Source of the DNA: a virus
Lineage: Duplodnaviria > Heunggongvirae > Uroviricota > Caudoviricetes
DNA: 8,027 nucleotides
Reading direction: 5' to 3' (one strand)
Virus record (IMG/VR): IMGVR_UViG_2537562091_000006
In this document: piece after piece, positions 7,557 to 8,027 of the stretch
How the letters are laid out: each line of letters starts with the position of its first letter
How positions within the stretch are numbered: position 1 is the stretch's first letter
Notes under the pieces: generated by a model
Database searches by the model: none
Seen by the model: only the letters and a program-made list of their open reading frames with translations
Told to the model about the DNA's origin: nothing
Translations under genes and position numbers: made by a program

Positions 7557-8027
7557 ATGATGCCAGTTGCCCGTTATCTCTGCATTTTCATAAACGTTGG
7601 TTTGGGAGAAGGTTCGGCATTACCCGTTGGCGTGCCTGTTCCGTGGCCTTCCGCCACTCCGCCAACAGGCTGGCTGAAATGCAACGGGGCGGCTTTTTCT
7701 GCTGAAGAATACCCGGAACTGGCAAAGGTTTACCCGACAAATAAATTGCCTGATTTACGCGGTGAGTTTATTAGGGGCTGGGATGACGGGCGTGGTATTG
7801 ATGCTGTACGTGCCTTGCTAAGTCTTCAGAATGGAGGAGTGGAATCACACACCCACCAAGGGCAGCTCTTCAGAGTTAGTGATTATCGTACAAAAGAATA
7901 CCAGCATCAGAAGTTATGGGGAAGAGGATATATTGCAAGCCTGACGCCGGGTGCTGATAGCCCACTTGATTTTGATGATTATTCTGTATCTTCTAATCCA
8001 AATGATATTTTGTCGGAATCAGAGTAA
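7557..8027 (+). CDS. Tail-fibre C-terminal variable segment (Sv'-like alternative exon of an invertible segment), probably silent in this orientation
   Basis: Translation contains LPVGVPVPWPSATPPTGWLKCNGAAFSAEEYPELAKVYP...PDLRGEFIRGWDDGRGIDAVRALLSLQNGGVESHTHQ, the conserved junction motif of Mu S / P1 S / lambda Stf-type tail-fibre C-terminal domains. The crossover site sits within its first codons, it has no convincing RBS, and it is on the strand opposite the late genes. The annotated ATG at 7557 is probably not a true start. Confidence 0.65.
   Translation: MMPVARYLCIFINVGLGEGSALPVGVPVPWPSATPPTGWLKCNGAAFSAEEYPELAKVYPTNKLPDLRGEFIRGWDDGRGIDAVRALLSLQNGGVESHTHQGQLFRVSDYRTKEYQHQKLWGRGYIASLTPGADSPLDFDDYSVSSNPNDILSESE
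7585..7610. other. 26-bp invertase crossover site (hix/gix/cix-like)
   Basis: TTTTCATAAACG TT GGTTTGGGAGAA: two imperfect inverted 12-bp half-sites (TTnTCnnAAAC) around a central TT/AA dinucleotide. Close to the gix/hix/cix sequences as I recall them. Lies 56 bp upstream of the invertase start and inside the 5' end of the tail-fibre segment ORF. Confidence 0.7.

Larger units (their letters stand above)
145..8027 (-). mobile_element. P2-like temperate phage or prophage, right end of the late tail gene block (partial, continues beyond window)
   Basis: Collinear minus-strand genes FI-FII-E/E'-T-U-D-ogr with P2-like lengths (396, 172, 91/142, 815, 159, 387, 72 aa), overlapping stop/start junctions, and a P2-type att core at 145-171. 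Right boundary not in window. Confidence 0.85.

Noticed and set aside
7557-7562. ATG-ATG at 7557 as the genuine start of an independent tail-fibre gene
   Set aside because: No Shine-Dalgarno upstream, and the crossover site lies within the first codons. In Gin/Cin-type systems the variable segment is start-less and is expressed only when fused to the constant region.
1-8027. CRISPR array, tRNA/rRNA genes, diversity-generating retroelement or defence-system cargo
   Set aside because: No direct-repeat/spacer structure, no tRNA-like sequence and no reverse-transcriptase-like ORF were seen. Apart from the invertase and fibre segment, the only gaps between genes are short (14-82 bp). Tail-fibre variation here appears to be by inversion, not a DGR.

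Overview
This window is the ogr-proximal end of the late (tail) gene block of a P2-like temperate myophage or prophage, with every phage gene on the minus strand. From right to left it encodes tail sheath FI, tail tube FII, the chaperone pair E and E+E' (joined by a -1 frameshift on a TTTTTTG heptamer), tape measure T, tail protein U, tail protein D, and the zinc-finger late activator Ogr, followed by an intrinsic terminator. A 27-nt sequence at 145-171 matches the P2 attachment-site core as I recall it, so the element boundary probably lies there and bases 1-144 are flanking DNA. The most interesting part is the right end (6936-8027): where P2 carries its Z/fun accessory locus, this element has a Hin/Gin/Cin-family serine DNA invertase, a 26-bp hix/gix/cix-like crossover site, and a start-less tail-fibre C-terminal segment reading away from the invertase. 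That is the edge of an invertible host-range switch whose remainder lies beyond the window. I see no CRISPR array, RNA genes or defence-type cargo. Gene assignments rest on protein lengths, motifs and synteny recalled from P2; no database search was run.
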